Assembly: GCA_051882575.1 (NCBI GenBank)
Contig: JBJESB010000092.1
Span: 23,421 to 87,420, forward strand
Direction of reading: 5' to 3'
DNA length: 64,000 nt
Source of the DNA: Oscillospiraceae bacterium
GTDB lineage: Bacteria > Bacillota > Clostridia > Oscillospirales > Ruminococcaceae
Both the position numbers and the translations under genes were made by a program. Below the pieces are notes generated by a model. It made no database searches. It saw only the letters and a list, made by a program, of their open reading frames with translations, and was not told where the DNA came from. Below, one piece after another: positions 27,506 to 37,358 of this stretch. How positions within the stretch are numbered: the first letter of the stretch is position 1; each line of letters begins with the position of its first letter.

Positions 27506-28720
27506 TTGAAGAGATACGACCTGCTCACACCGGAGGGAACGCGGGATTTACTTTTTGACGAGTGCATAGCCAAGCGCTTTGTACAGGATAATCTGACAAG
27601 GCTGTTTTCAAGCTTTGGCTATTCGGAGGTAATGACGCCGGGCGTTGAGTTTTATGATGTGTTTAACGGAAAGGTGAGATATTTTCCGCAGGAAACGATG
27701 TACAAGCTTGTTGACGGAAAGAATCGGCTTATGGTTTTAAGACCCGACAATACAATGCCGATTGCGCGTCTTGCCGCTACCAGATTAAAGGAAGAGCCGC
27801 TGCCGCTGAAATTGTTCTATAACCAGAGCATATTCATGGTGAACCCCAAGAACAGCGGAAGAGACGACGAGTTTACTCAAAGCGGAATAGAGATTCTTGG
27901 CGGGGAAAGCAGGGCGGCAGATTATGAGGCTTTGATTTTAGCGGCAAAATCGCTGTTTGCGTGCAGTAATTCCGAGGATGTCAGCGTTCGGCTAGAAATC
28001 GGCGAGAGCAGTATATTCAGAATGCTGATTGAGGAGTTGAATGTAAGCGAGGAAGAAGCCGATAGTATCCAGTCGCTTATTGATTCCAAGAATTACCCTG
28101 CGCTAAATGAGGCGCTTTCCAAGTTCAACAGTACAGCTGCCGAAGCCCTGAAAAATCTTCCCAAGTTGTTTGGCGGAGCAGAGGTATTTGACAAGGCGGA
28201 GCAGTACATGATAACCGACGGATTAAAGCAGAAGCTTGCTTCACTTCGTGAGGTATACGACGGATTGATTAGCTTCGGTATTGATATTGTAAAGGTAGAT
28301 TTGGGTCTTGTACATAAGAAGAATTATTATACCGGACTGATATTCCGCGGATATATGGCAGGTTACGGTCAGCCGGTGCTTTCGGGCGGTCGTTATGACG
28401 CGCTTGCAGGTGATTTTGGAAGAGATGTGCCTGCTGTAGGTTTTGCTGTGAATGTTGAAGCAGCAGCAAAGATACTGTTAAAGAATCTGAAAAGCATAGA
28501 TGCAAGGCTGTCTTGCCCGCCGGATGTCCTTGTTTTTGCCGAAAAGGGCGCAGAGCTGTGCGGTTTGAAGCATTGTTCCGAGATTGCGGCGAAGGGAAAA
28601 AACGCTCTGAATTCGCTGTTTGCAACCATAGAAGAGGCAGAAACATACGCCAAGCGCAGAGGAATATCTCAAATTGATATTGTAGCTGCAAATGGCACAG
28701 TAATCAGCAGGGAGGTGTGA
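27506..28720 (+). CDS. hisZ: ATP phosphoribosyltransferase regulatory subunit
   Basis: TPEGTRDLL, LRPDNTMPIAR, YYTGLIFRG, SGGRYD; precedes short hisG. Confidence 0.92.
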   Translation: MKRYDLLTPEGTRDLLFDECIAKRFVQDNLTRLFSSFGYSEVMTPGVEFYDVFNGKVRYFPQETMYKLVDGKNRLMVLRPDNTMPIARLAATRLKEEPLPLKLFYNQSIFMVNPKNSGRDDEFTQSGIEILGGESRAADYEALILAAKSLFACSNSEDVSVRLEIGESSIFRMLIEELNVSEEEADSIQSLIDSKNYPALNEALSKFNSTAAEALKNLPKLFGGAEVFDKAEQYMITDGLKQKLASLREVYDGLISFGIDIVKVDLGLVHKKNYYTGLIFRGYMAGYGQPVLSGGRYDALAGDFGRDVPAVGFAVNVEAAAKILLKNLKSIDARLSCPPDVLVFAEKGAELCGLKHCSEIAAKGKNALNSLFATIEEAETYAKRRGISQIDIVAANGTVISREV

Positions 28721-28722
28721 GC

Positions 28723-29355
28723 ATGGAGAATGTAAAGGTCAGAATTGCTCTCACCAAGGGCAGAATTGAAAAGTTTGCGGTTGATACTCTCGAAAAGATT
28801 GGCTATGATGTCACTGAGCTTCGCGAAAAGGGCAGACGGCTTATACTATCCATTCCCGGCGAGAATATTGAGGTAGTACTTGCAAAGGCAGCTGATGTAA
28901 TAACCTATGTAGAGCATGGTGTGTGTGATATCGGTGTTGTTGGCAAGGATACCATTATGGAGCACGGCGGAAAGTTTTTTGAGGTCACGGATTTAGGCTT
29001 CGGCAAATGCAAATTTGCTCTTGCCGTAAAAAAAGGAACCGATTTTTACGACGGTTACGGAGTTAAGACCGTAGCTACAAAGTATCCCGAGGTCACACGA
29101 GCTTTCTTTGAAGCGAAGGGTATGGATGTTGATATCGTCAAGATTGAAGGCTCTGTGGAATTAGCGCCGCTGGTTGGATTGGCTGACGGAATCGTTGATA
29201 TTGTTGAAACAGGAACAACTCTTAAGGAAAACGGGCTTGAGGTATACGAGGATGTTGCGCCGATTTCCGCAAGACTTATTGTAAATACGGTGAGCATGAA
29301 GCTGAAGCAGGAGCGGATTGCCGAAATAGTAAAGCTGATAGAGGAGACATTATAA
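28723..29355 (+). CDS. hisG: ATP phosphoribosyltransferase, short form
   Basis: IALTKGR, DLGFGKC, ATKYP, GSVELAP, DIVETGTTLKENGL. Confidence 0.95.
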   Translation: MENVKVRIALTKGRIEKFAVDTLEKIGYDVTELREKGRRLILSIPGENIEVVLAKAADVITYVEHGVCDIGVVGKDTIMEHGGKFFEVTDLGFGKCKFALAVKKGTDFYDGYGVKTVATKYPEVTRAFFEAKGMDVDIVKIEGSVELAPLVGLADGIVDIVETGTTLKENGLEVYEDVAPISARLIVNTVSMKLKQERIAEIVKLIEETL

Positions 29356-30653
29356 TGATAAGAATAATTAAGGCAGACGGCGCCGAAAAAGAATTCCTCG
29401 CCGAAGTTGAAAAGCGCGCAGGTCAGGTTAATGCAGAGGTAGAGGAGATTGTAAAGGGTATTCTTGCCGATGTAAAGAGCAACGGCGATTCAGCCGTAAA
29501 AAGCTATACTGCAAAGTTTGATTGCCCCAACGCGCAGTATTACAGAGTTCCCGACGAGGCTATTCAGGACGCGCTTACAGAAGCAAACGAGCTGAATCCC
29601 GAATTTGTAAATGCAATGCTCAACGCTGTTGAGAATATTACTGCATTTCACACCCGTCAGAAGCAGAATGGTTTTTGCGTAACCGAAGAAAACGGAGTAA
29701 TGATGGGTCAGCGCGTACGCGGCTTGGACAAGGTTGGATTGTATGTTCCCGGCGGTACAGCAGCTTATCCTTCTTCGGTGCTGATGAACGCAATTCCCGC
29801 AAAAATTGCCGGCGTTAAGGAAATAATCATGGTTACACCGCCGCTTAAAGACGGTACTGCAAATAAGGATATTCTGGTGGCGGCTGCGCTTTGCGGCGTT
29901 GATAAGGTCTATCTTGCAGGCGGCGCACAGGCGGTTGCGGCGCTGGCTTACGGTACAGAGGAAATTCCTAAGGTTGCGAAGATTGTCGGACCGGGAAATA
30001 TCTTTGTTGCAACTGCAAAGAAACTTCTTTATGGTACGGTTGATATTGATATGTTTGCAGGTCCTAGTGAGATTCTTGTTCTTGCGGATGAAACCGCAAA
30101 TCCGAAATACCTTGCAGCAGACCTTATGTCACAGGCAGAGCACGATAAGCTGGCAAGTGCAATCTTAATCACAACCAGTATGGATGTCGCTGAGAAAACT
30201 CAGGCAGAAATCGAGCGTCAGTCAGCAGAGCTTTCGCGCAAGGAGATAATAGATATCTCAATCACAAATTACGGTGCAATAATTGTATGTGACAATATGG
30301 ATTATGCGGTAGAGCTTGCAAACAAGCTTGCTCCCGAGCACCTTGAGGTAGTAACAAAGAACCCCACTGAATATATAGGCAGACTTGACAATGTAGGCTC
30401 GCTGTTCCTCGGTCAGTATTCGCCCGAGCCTCTTGGAGATTACTATGCAGGTCCTAACCATGTTCTTCCCACCAGCGGCACCGCTCGTTTCTTCTCACCG
30501 CTGGGAGTGGACAGCTTTGTAAAGCGCAGCTCTTACATCTACTACACAAAAGACGCTCTGCTTGATGCTGCGGATGATATCATACTTATCGCAGAGCGCG
30601 AGAAGCTGACTGCGCACGCTAATTCAATCAGGGTTAGAAAAGAAATCAACTGA
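29355..30653 (+). CDS. hisD: Histidinol dehydrogenase
   Basis: GLYVPGG, GPGNIFV, AGPSE, SQAEHD, APEHLE, GPNHVLPT. Confidence 0.96.
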   Translation: MIRIIKADGAEKEFLAEVEKRAGQVNAEVEEIVKGILADVKSNGDSAVKSYTAKFDCPNAQYYRVPDEAIQDALTEANELNPEFVNAMLNAVENITAFHTRQKQNGFCVTEENGVMMGQRVRGLDKVGLYVPGGTAAYPSSVLMNAIPAKIAGVKEIIMVTPPLKDGTANKDILVAAALCGVDKVYLAGGAQAVAALAYGTEEIPKVAKIVGPGNIFVATAKKLLYGTVDIDMFAGPSEILVLADETANPKYLAADLMSQAEHDKLASAILITTSMDVAEKTQAEIERQSAELSRKEIIDISITNYGAIIVCDNMDYAVELANKLAPEHLEVVTKNPTEYIGRLDNVGSLFLGQYSPEPLGDYYAGPNHVLPTSGTARFFSPLGVDSFVKRSSYIYYTKDALLDAADDIILIAEREKLTAHANSIRVRKEIN

Positions 30654-30673
30654 CTATCTCAAAGGAGAATACC

Positions 30674-31258
30674 ATGAACAGAGCGGCAGAAATCACCAGA
30701 AAGACAAAGGAAACCGATATCACAGCTTGGCTTGATTTGGACAACAGCGGCAAAACCGAGATTTCAACAGGGATAGGCTTTCTCGACCATATGCTTACCG
30801 CGCTTTCGGTACATGGCGGGTTCAGTCTTGTCCTTAATGCAAAGGGCGACCTCAATGTTGACGGGCATCATACAGCTGAAGACATCGGAATTGTGCTTGG
30901 TATGGCGTTTAAGGAAGCGCTGGGTGACAAGTCGGGTATCATGCGCTACGGAAACGCATTTGTTCCGATGGATGAATCTCTTGCATTTGCAAGCCTTGAC
31001 ATAAGCGCCAGACCGTATCTGGTGTTCAATGCCGAGTTTTCTAACGAGAGGGTAGGGGAGTTTGACACCTGTCTAACGGAAGAATTCATGCGCGCATTTG
31101 CGTTTAATGCAGGGATTACCCTGCACCTTCGCTGTGAGTACGGCAGCAATGACCACCACAAGATAGAAGCAATGTTTAAAGCGCTTGCCTACGCATTAAA
31201 GCAGGCTGTAAAGCGCAATACCGACGGCTCTGTTGTATCGACCAAGGGCGTTCTCTGA
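30674..31258 (+). CDS. hisB: Imidazoleglycerol-phosphate dehydratase (monofunctional)
   Basis: RKTKETDI, GFLDHML, DGHHTAED, NDHHKIE. Confidence 0.96.
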   Translation: MNRAAEITRKTKETDITAWLDLDNSGKTEISTGIGFLDHMLTALSVHGGFSLVLNAKGDLNVDGHHTAEDIGIVLGMAFKEALGDKSGIMRYGNAFVPMDESLAFASLDISARPYLVFNAEFSNERVGEFDTCLTEEFMRAFAFNAGITLHLRCEYGSNDHHKIEAMFKALAYALKQAVKRNTDGSVVSTKGVL

Positions 31259-31689
31259 TGCAAGGGTACAATCTTATCGTTGTATTTTCGTGTCAGGGTG
31301 ACAAAATGCTGATGTGCCGCCGAATTAAAGACCCGTACAATGGTTTGTTGAATTTTGTCGGCGGAAAGATTGAGTCGGGAGAAACCGGCGAAGAATCTGC
31401 TTATCGCGAGTTGTTTGAAGAAACCGGAATTACACACGATGATATTTCGCTTATTCATCTTATGGATTTCAGCTATCCGCTCGACCCTTGCTATGTAGAG
31501 GTTTACGCGGGACAGCTGAAACATGATTTAAGCGTTAAGGCTTCTGAAAACCCGCTGTTATGGTCTGATTTTGAACACAATTTCTTTGACATGAGTGAAT
31601 ATGCCGGCGAAGGTAATATAGGGCATATTTTGGAGCATGTCAAGCTTAATGCAGACAAAATCTTCCTCGTGAAAGGAACAAAGCTATGA
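31258..31689 (+). CDS. NUDIX hydrolase (MutT-like)
   Basis: GGKIESGETGEESAYRELFEETG; overlaps hisB stop and hisH start. Confidence 0.88.
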   Translation: MQGYNLIVVFSCQGDKMLMCRRIKDPYNGLLNFVGGKIESGETGEESAYRELFEETGITHDDISLIHLMDFSYPLDPCYVEVYAGQLKHDLSVKASENPLLWSDFEHNFFDMSEYAGEGNIGHILEHVKLNADKIFLVKGTKL

Positions 31690-32285
31690 TTGCAATAATT
31701 GATTACGGCGCTGGAAATCTGTTCAGCGTCAAAAATGCGCTGGATTATCTTGAGCTGGAAAGCAAAATCACAAATTCCGCAGATGACCTGCGCTGTGCCG
31801 ACAGGCTGATTCTTCCGGGAGTAGGCGCGTTTCCCGACGCTATGCGAATGCTGGGCGAAACAGGACTTATTGAGGTAATAAAACAAGAGGTTCAGCGAAA
31901 GCCGCTGCTGGGAATTTGTCTTGGAATGCAGATGCTGTTTGAGAAAAGCTATGAGTTTGCTGAAACAGAGGGTCTTGGGTTAATAGGCGGCTCTGTAAAG
32001 CTGATGAAGCCCAAGGGTAATCTGCCCATTCCTCACATTGGCTGGAATTCGCTGGAATTCAACGAGGGATGCCAGCTGTTAAGCAGGTGCAAGGAGGGCG
32101 AGTATGTCTATTTTGTACATTCCTTTGCGGCAGAATGCGACAGCAAGAACGTTGCGGCATACTGTGATTACGGCATGAAAGTGCCTGCGCTGGTCTTTGA
32201 GGGCAATGTCTACGGCGCACAGTTCCACCCCGAAAAGAGCGGTGAAACGGGACTTAATATTCTGCGGTGCTTTTCGGAATTATAA
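31686..32285 (+). CDS. hisH: Imidazole glycerol phosphate synthase, glutaminase subunit
   Basis: DYGAGN, LPGVGAF, GICLGMQ, PHIGWN, QFHPEKS. Confidence 0.96.
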   Translation: MIAIIDYGAGNLFSVKNALDYLELESKITNSADDLRCADRLILPGVGAFPDAMRMLGETGLIEVIKQEVQRKPLLGICLGMQMLFEKSYEFAETEGLGLIGGSVKLMKPKGNLPIPHIGWNSLEFNEGCQLLSRCKEGEYVYFVHSFAAECDSKNVAAYCDYGMKVPALVFEGNVYGAQFHPEKSGETGLNILRCFSEL

Positions 32286-32341
32286 TTATGCATAAAAGTT
32301 AAGTTTTACGCAATTTTATGATTTCTACAAGGGAGTAATAG

Positions 32342-32530
32342 ATGGAAAAGAAATGCTCATGCGGGGGAACGCTAAAAGCGTGTGCCCTTAATACAGGATT
32401 AGGCTCTGTACAAAGCGTAACCGTACAAAATGGGTACAATTTCCCGAAACAATATCAAGTCCAAGCGTTTCTTTGCGAAAGCTGCGGAAAAATTGAGCTG
32501 TTTGCTGTTATACCGGATAATAAATCGTGA
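32342..32530 (+). CDS. Small putative zinc-ribbon protein
   Basis: 62 aa, KCSCGG...CESCGKIE; AGGGAG RBS. Confidence 0.6.
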   Translation: MEKKCSCGGTLKACALNTGLGSVQSVTVQNGYNFPKQYQVQAFLCESCGKIELFAVIPDNKS

Positions 32531-32539
32531 GGAGCATAT

Positions 32540-33160
32540 ATGGACAGCATAAAGTGGATATTCTTCGACTTGGGCTCAACGATTGTCGATGAAACAGACG
32601 CATATTATTATCGGCATTTAAACGCTGTCCGAGGCAGCAATATCAGCTATGAACAGTTCATTGCGGAGGTAATCGAATTACAAAAGCAGAACCTTAAAGC
32701 TGATGTAATGGTTATTGAACGGTACGGATTGCCGCGTACACCATGGAGAAGTGACCTTGAAAAGCTTTACCCTGACGCAGACGATACCGTGAAAACGCTT
32801 TATAAGCGCGGATATAAGCTGGGCGTTATAGCTAATCAGAAGCTTGGTTCATTGCGGCGTCTTGAAGCATGGGGCATTGCTGAATATTTTGATGTTATAG
32901 CAGCGTCTGCCGAAGAGGGCGTTGCAAAGCCGGACCCGCAAATATTTCTTCGTGCGCTTGAACGTGCCGGATGTCCTGCCGAGAACGCCGTAATGGTAGG
33001 CGACCGAATCGACAATGATATTGTTCCCGCCAAAAGGCTTGGAATGAAAACCGTCAGAATTTTGCAGTCATTCAGCGCTTACGGGATTCCTCGCTGCAAG
33101 GAAGAAACCGCAGATATCACAATTAACAGCTTATCCGAGCTATTAGAACATTTTGTGTAA
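32540..33160 (+). CDS. HAD-superfamily hydrolase (subfamily IA)
   Basis: FFDLGST, KPDPQIF, MVGDRIDND, AKRLGM. Confidence 0.88.
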   Translation: MDSIKWIFFDLGSTIVDETDAYYYRHLNAVRGSNISYEQFIAEVIELQKQNLKADVMVIERYGLPRTPWRSDLEKLYPDADDTVKTLYKRGYKLGVIANQKLGSLRRLEAWGIAEYFDVIAASAEEGVAKPDPQIFLRALERAGCPAENAVMVGDRIDNDIVPAKRLGMKTVRILQSFSAYGIPRCKEETADITINSLSELLEHFV

Positions 33161-33171
33161 GGAGAACACCA

Positions 33172-33885
33172 ATGGTAATTTTACCTGCAATAGATATCAA
33201 GGACGGCAATTGTGTACGCTTGTTCAAGGGCGATTACAATACCGTTCAAAAGGTAGCCGACAGTTACATGGATACCGCTCTTTCATTTGCAAATGCGGGA
33301 GCGGAGTGGATTCACATGGTTGACCTTGACGGCGCAAAGGACGCTTCGCAGCAGAACAAGAATATTTTCATTGATGTTGCGAAAAATACCGGGCTAAAGG
33401 TTGAGGTCGGCGGCGGCATACGCTCGCTTGACACCGTTGAGATGTACCTTTCGCAGGGAATATCCCGCGTAATTATCGGCTCGGCTGCGGTAAAGAATCC
33501 CGAGCTTGTAAAGCAAGCTGTAAAGGAGTTCGGAGAGAGAATCGCTGTCGGAATTGACGCAAAGAACGGTTACGTTGCAACAGAGGGCTGGCTTGAAACC
33601 TCAAATGTTCTGTTTACAGACCTTGCAAAGGAAATGAGCAGAATTGGCGTAAAATACATAATCTTTACCGATATTTCAAAGGATGGCACGCTGTCGGGAG
33701 TCAATTCACAGCAGCTTGAGCAAATCAACACCTGCTGTTCGGCGGAAATCATAGCCAGCGGCGGCGTTCATACCATTGAAGATATAAAAATCTGCAAAAA
33801 GCTGAATCTGTATGGCACAATTTGCGGCAAGTCGATTTATTCGGGCAGCCTCGATTTGGCTGAAGCAATTCAACTGTCGAAGTAA
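33172..33885 (+). CDS. hisA: ProFAR isomerase
   Basis: [39 protein letters not shown]. Confidence 0.96.
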   Translation: MVILPAIDIKDGNCVRLFKGDYNTVQKVADSYMDTALSFANAGAEWIHMVDLDGAKDASQQNKNIFIDVAKNTGLKVEVGGGIRSLDTVEMYLSQGISRVIIGSAAVKNPELVKQAVKEFGERIAVGIDAKNGYVATEGWLETSNVLFTDLAKEMSRIGVKYIIFTDISKDGTLSGVNSQQLEQINTCCSAEIIASGGVHTIEDIKICKKLNLYGTICGKSIYSGSLDLAEAIQLSK

Positions 33886-33896
33886 AGGAGAACACT

Positions 33897-34652
33897 ATGC
33901 TTGCAAAAAGAATTATCCCGTGCCTTGATGTAAGAAACGGCAAGGTAGTTAAGGGCGTAAATTTTGAAGGCGTCAAGGATGTCGGCGACCCGGTAAAGCT
34001 TGCGATTGAGTACAACAAACAAGGCGCCGACGAGCTTGTTTTTTATGATATAACCGCTTCATACGAGGGCAGGGGCGTAATGCTCGATGTTGTGAGAAAG
34101 ACAGCGCAGCAGGTTTTTGTTCCGCTGTGCGTAGGCGGCGGAATATCCTCGGTTGAGGATTTCCGCGACACATTAAGAGCAGGCGCTGACAAGGTTTCGG
34201 TAAATTCACAGGCGGTTAAGAATCCCAAGCTGATTAGCGATGCCGCAGAAATATTCGGCAGCCAGTGCGTGGTTGTAGGCATAGACGCCAAGCGCAATGG
34301 CAGGGGCGGTTACAGCGTATTTATAAACGGCGGCAGAGTTGATATGAATCTCGATTTAGGCGATTGGGTAAAAGAAATTGAGGAACGCGGCGCAGGCGAA
34401 ATATGCCTTAATTCCATTGATACAGACGGAGTGCGCGGCGGTTTTGATATTGATATGCTAAACTTTGTTTGCAGCAGAGTCTCGATTCCCGTAATTGCAA
34501 GCGGCGGCTGCGGAGCTATCAATCATTTTTCAGAGGTGTTTGAAAAGACTGCAAGCTCTGCGGCTTTGGCTGCTTCGCTGTTTCACTTTGGAGAGCTTAC
34601 AGTAGATGAAGTAAAAAATCATCTGCGCGAGCATGGTATTCCCGCGAGATAA
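33897..34652 (+). CDS. hisF: Imidazole glycerol phosphate synthase, cyclase subunit
   Basis: [41 protein letters not shown]. Confidence 0.96.
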   Translation: MLAKRIIPCLDVRNGKVVKGVNFEGVKDVGDPVKLAIEYNKQGADELVFYDITASYEGRGVMLDVVRKTAQQVFVPLCVGGGISSVEDFRDTLRAGADKVSVNSQAVKNPKLISDAAEIFGSQCVVVGIDAKRNGRGGYSVFINGGRVDMNLDLGDWVKEIEERGAGEICLNSIDTDGVRGGFDIDMLNFVCSRVSIPVIASGGCGAINHFSEVFEKTASSAALAASLFHFGELTVDEVKNHLREHGIPAR

Positions 34653-34663
34653 ATAGTTAACAG

Positions 34664-34692
34664 TTGCAATTTTCCGAAAAGCGTGATATAAT
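34664..34692 (+). promoter_or_regulatory. Internal SigA-type promoter in his cluster
   Basis: TTGCAA-17-TATAAT with TG extension between hisF and the second NUDIX gene. Confidence 0.6.
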
Positions 34693-34752
34693 AAGAGTAG
34701 CATTTAGCACATGGCATATTGCCATGGAAATATATGGATAGGAGTGCCGATT

Positions 34753-35187
34753 ATGGAAGTCAGCTTTCCCGAAACCTATGATGAATCGCTTATAAAATTT
34801 GCAGTTATTGTAACGTACAGATTAGGAAAATGCGCATTCTGCAAGCACCGCGAGCGCATTACTCTGGAGCTGCCCGGAGGGCATATTGAAGACGGCGAAT
34901 CTCCGGAAGATGCAGCAAAGCGCGAGCTTTATGAAGAAACAGGCGCATTGAAGTACAAGCTAAAAAAGCTGAGCTGTTACACAGTTACCGACGACAGCGG
35001 CGACACAACCTACGGAATGCTGTTTTTTGCGCGGATTGAAGAAATGGGAGCAATTCCTCCGTCGGAAATAGGCAGCGTATATTTTCTTGACGAGCCGCCC
35101 GAAAGCATGGACAAATGGACTTATCCGGATATTCAGCCAAAGTTACTTGAGCGTGCAAAGCAGCTGGTACCGGAGATAAATACCTGA
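34753..35187 (+). CDS. NUDIX hydrolase (YtkD/MutT-like)
   Basis: [27 protein letters not shown]; [10 protein letters not shown]. Confidence 0.88.
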   Translation: MEVSFPETYDESLIKFAVIVTYRLGKCAFCKHRERITLELPGGHIEDGESPEDAAKRELYEETGALKYKLKKLSCYTVTDDSGDTTYGMLFFARIEEMGAIPPSEIGSVYFLDEPPESMDKWTYPDIQPKLLERAKQLVPEINT

Positions 35188-35203
35188 ATTTTGGAGAGCA
35201 AGA

Positions 35204-35518
35204 ATGGACTTAAAAAAATATTTCAAGAAATCAGAGCTTATACCCGCGATTATAACGGATGTTGAAAACGGCGAAGTGCTGATGCTTGCATACATGAACG
35301 AGGAAAGCATGGCTAAGACGCTTCAAACAGGCTACACATGGTTCTGGAGCCGTTCTCGACAGGAGCTTTGGAATAAGGGCGCAACCTCGGGTCATTTGCA
35401 GAAGGTAGTTGAGATTTACAGCGATTGTGATGACGATACACTGCTGATTAAGGTTGAGCAAATCGGCGCAGCTTGCCACACAGGTAATCGCACCTGCTTC
35501 TTCAACAGAATAAAGTGA
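35204..35518 (+). CDS. hisI: Phosphoribosyl-AMP cyclohydrolase
   Basis: [34 protein letters not shown]. Confidence 0.95.
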   Translation: MDLKKYFKKSELIPAIITDVENGEVLMLAYMNEESMAKTLQTGYTWFWSRSRQELWNKGATSGHLQKVVEIYSDCDDDTLLIKVEQIGAACHTGNRTCFFNRIK

Positions 35519-35525
35519 GGATAGC

Positions 35526-36155
35526 ATGATACTGCTTTACGGTACTACAAATCCCTCAAAGCTCGCTGCCATGAAACAGTATTTGCAGCCGCTCAAAGGT
35601 ATTGAGATTATAGGGCTTAATGATATGTCGGAAAAACCGCCGAGTGTGTACGAGGGTGGCAGCAGTCCCCTTGAAAACGCGCGGATAAAAGCGCTAGCAT
35701 ATCAAAAGTACTACGGGGTTTCCGTTTTTTCCTGCGATTCGGGTCTGTATTTCGACAATGTTCCCGAGGAAATTCAGCCGGGGGTTCATGTTAGGAATAT
35801 AGGCGGGAGATGTCTTTCCGACGAGGAAATGACAGAGTATTACAGCTCACTTGCCGCAAAATACGGCAAGCTTACAGCAAGGTATAAAAACGCTGTCTGC
35901 CTTGTTCTTGCTGACGGAAGAATGGCGGAAAGCATGGATATCTCGCTTTCGGGAAATCCGTTTTACATTGTGGAGAAACCACACTCCAAGCGTGCCGAAG
36001 GCTTTCCGCTTGACTGCCTTTCGGTTCATATTGCAAGCGGGGAATACTACTATGACCTGCCGCAGGAGACATATTGCGTAGATATTACAATAGGCGACGG
36101 ATTCTGCCGTTTTTTTGAAAACGCTCTCCGTTCGTTCAAAATCAAAGGAGAATAG
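35526..36155 (+). CDS. Ham1/ITPase-like non-canonical purine NTP pyrophosphatase homologue
   Basis: GTTNPSKL, ENARIKA, DSGL, PGVHVR; C-terminal SHR motif not seen. Confidence 0.75.
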   Translation: MILLYGTTNPSKLAAMKQYLQPLKGIEIIGLNDMSEKPPSVYEGGSSPLENARIKALAYQKYYGVSVFSCDSGLYFDNVPEEIQPGVHVRNIGGRCLSDEEMTEYYSSLAAKYGKLTARYKNAVCLVLADGRMAESMDISLSGNPFYIVEKPHSKRAEGFPLDCLSVHIASGEYYYDLPQETYCVDITIGDGFCRFFENALRSFKIKGE

Positions 36156-36159
36156 ATTT

Positions 36160-36486
36160 ATGACAGACGCATTCAGAGATATGTATAATGTTGTGGCAAA
36201 TCGCCGCGAAAACCCGCAGGAGGGCAGCTATACCTGCTATCTGTTTGACAAAGGGCTTGACAAGATTCTGAAAAAGTGCGGCGAGGAATGCACCGAAATG
36301 GTGATTGCTGCAAAAAATCGCGACAATGATGAGCTTGCCAATGAAATTAACGATTTGCTGTATCACATGGTTGTGCTTATGGTTCAAAACGGCGTAACCG
36401 TAGATGATATTGAGAAAATCATGGTAGAGCGCAGCGCAAAAATCGGTAATCTCAAGCAATTCCACGTAAGCGACCATAATACTTGA
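36160..36486 (+). CDS. hisE: Phosphoribosyl-ATP pyrophosphatase
   Basis: EGSYTCYLF.KGLDKILKKCGEE, EINDLLYH. Confidence 0.94.
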   Translation: MTDAFRDMYNVVANRRENPQEGSYTCYLFDKGLDKILKKCGEECTEMVIAAKNRDNDELANEINDLLYHMVVLMVQNGVTVDDIEKIMVERSAKIGNLKQFHVSDHNT

Positions 36487-36487
36487 T

Positions 36488-37258
36488 ATGGAAATTCAAA
36501 AGCTGATTGATACCTACGGTGACGATATCTACGCTCTTGCCCTTATAATCACCAAGGACTTTAACGCCGCGAAACAGATTTTTGCAGCTGTAACAAGCCA
36601 ATATAATGATTTCCGTGACGGAGTTTCGCTCGCGGAGCTTGCAAAGCTAACATACGAGGCAAGCGAAGATATTGAAAGAAATGAGTCAGCCGAGGTTCTC
36701 ACCGAGCTGGAATTGAGCCCTCGCCTTGAAAAGCTGTTGGGCGAGGTCATTCAGCGTCCGCAGGCAATAAGAACGGCAATTCACCTGTTCTATGAGAACG
36801 ACCTTGATATCAAGCAGATTTCTGTAGTCCTCGGAGAAAGCGAGCGATATATAAAGGGCATAATCTCGGAGCTTGACGCTGATTTCGCGGAAGCGCTTGA
36901 AGCTGATTATAAGGTCATCTGTACCAAAATAACAGCCGGAGACCTCTTAAAATCCTATGTCATAATTAGTTCGACCAAAAAAGACGGAAGAATGTTTGAG
37001 GCAAAAGGTGACGCTGTACCGCGTCATACATGGTCAAAGACGCAGAAAATTGCTGTAATTGCCGCTGCTTGTATTCTTTCGGTTGCGGTGCTGATTGTAA
37101 TGCCGATTGTTAAGTCCTACACCGAAATGCTTGAACGTGAATCAGAAATGGATTTTGAAGAAGCGGAAACCTCCGAGATATTCCACAGAGAAGATGAAAC
37201 TCCCGATTTACAAAAACCGCAGACGCTTATTGAGCAAATAATTGATATGTTTTGTTAA
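36488..37258 (+). CDS. Degenerate ECF sigma-70-like protein with C-terminal transmembrane helix
   Basis: LIDTYGDDIYALA (region-2-like), RTAIHLFYENDLDIKQISVVLG (region-4-like), TM IAVIAAACILSVAVLIVMPIV. Confidence 0.55.
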   Translation: MEIQKLIDTYGDDIYALALIITKDFNAAKQIFAAVTSQYNDFRDGVSLAELAKLTYEASEDIERNESAEVLTELELSPRLEKLLGEVIQRPQAIRTAIHLFYENDLDIKQISVVLGESERYIKGIISELDADFAEALEADYKVICTKITAGDLLKSYVIISSTKKDGRMFEAKGDAVPRHTWSKTQKIAVIAAACILSVAVLIVMPIVKSYTEMLERESEMDFEEAETSEIFHREDETPDLQKPQTLIEQIIDMFC

Positions 37259-37275
37259 AAAATTTTCAAAATATA

Positions 37276-37304
37276 TTGCTTTTTGTAAAGAAATGCGGTA
37301 TAAT
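37276..37304 (+). promoter_or_regulatory. SigA promoter of fba
   Basis: TTGCTT-17-TATAAT. Confidence 0.55.
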
Positions 37305-37358
37305 GATAATGACGGGTTTTATATCCAGTATTAGTAAAAACAAAGGAGAAATTAACAA

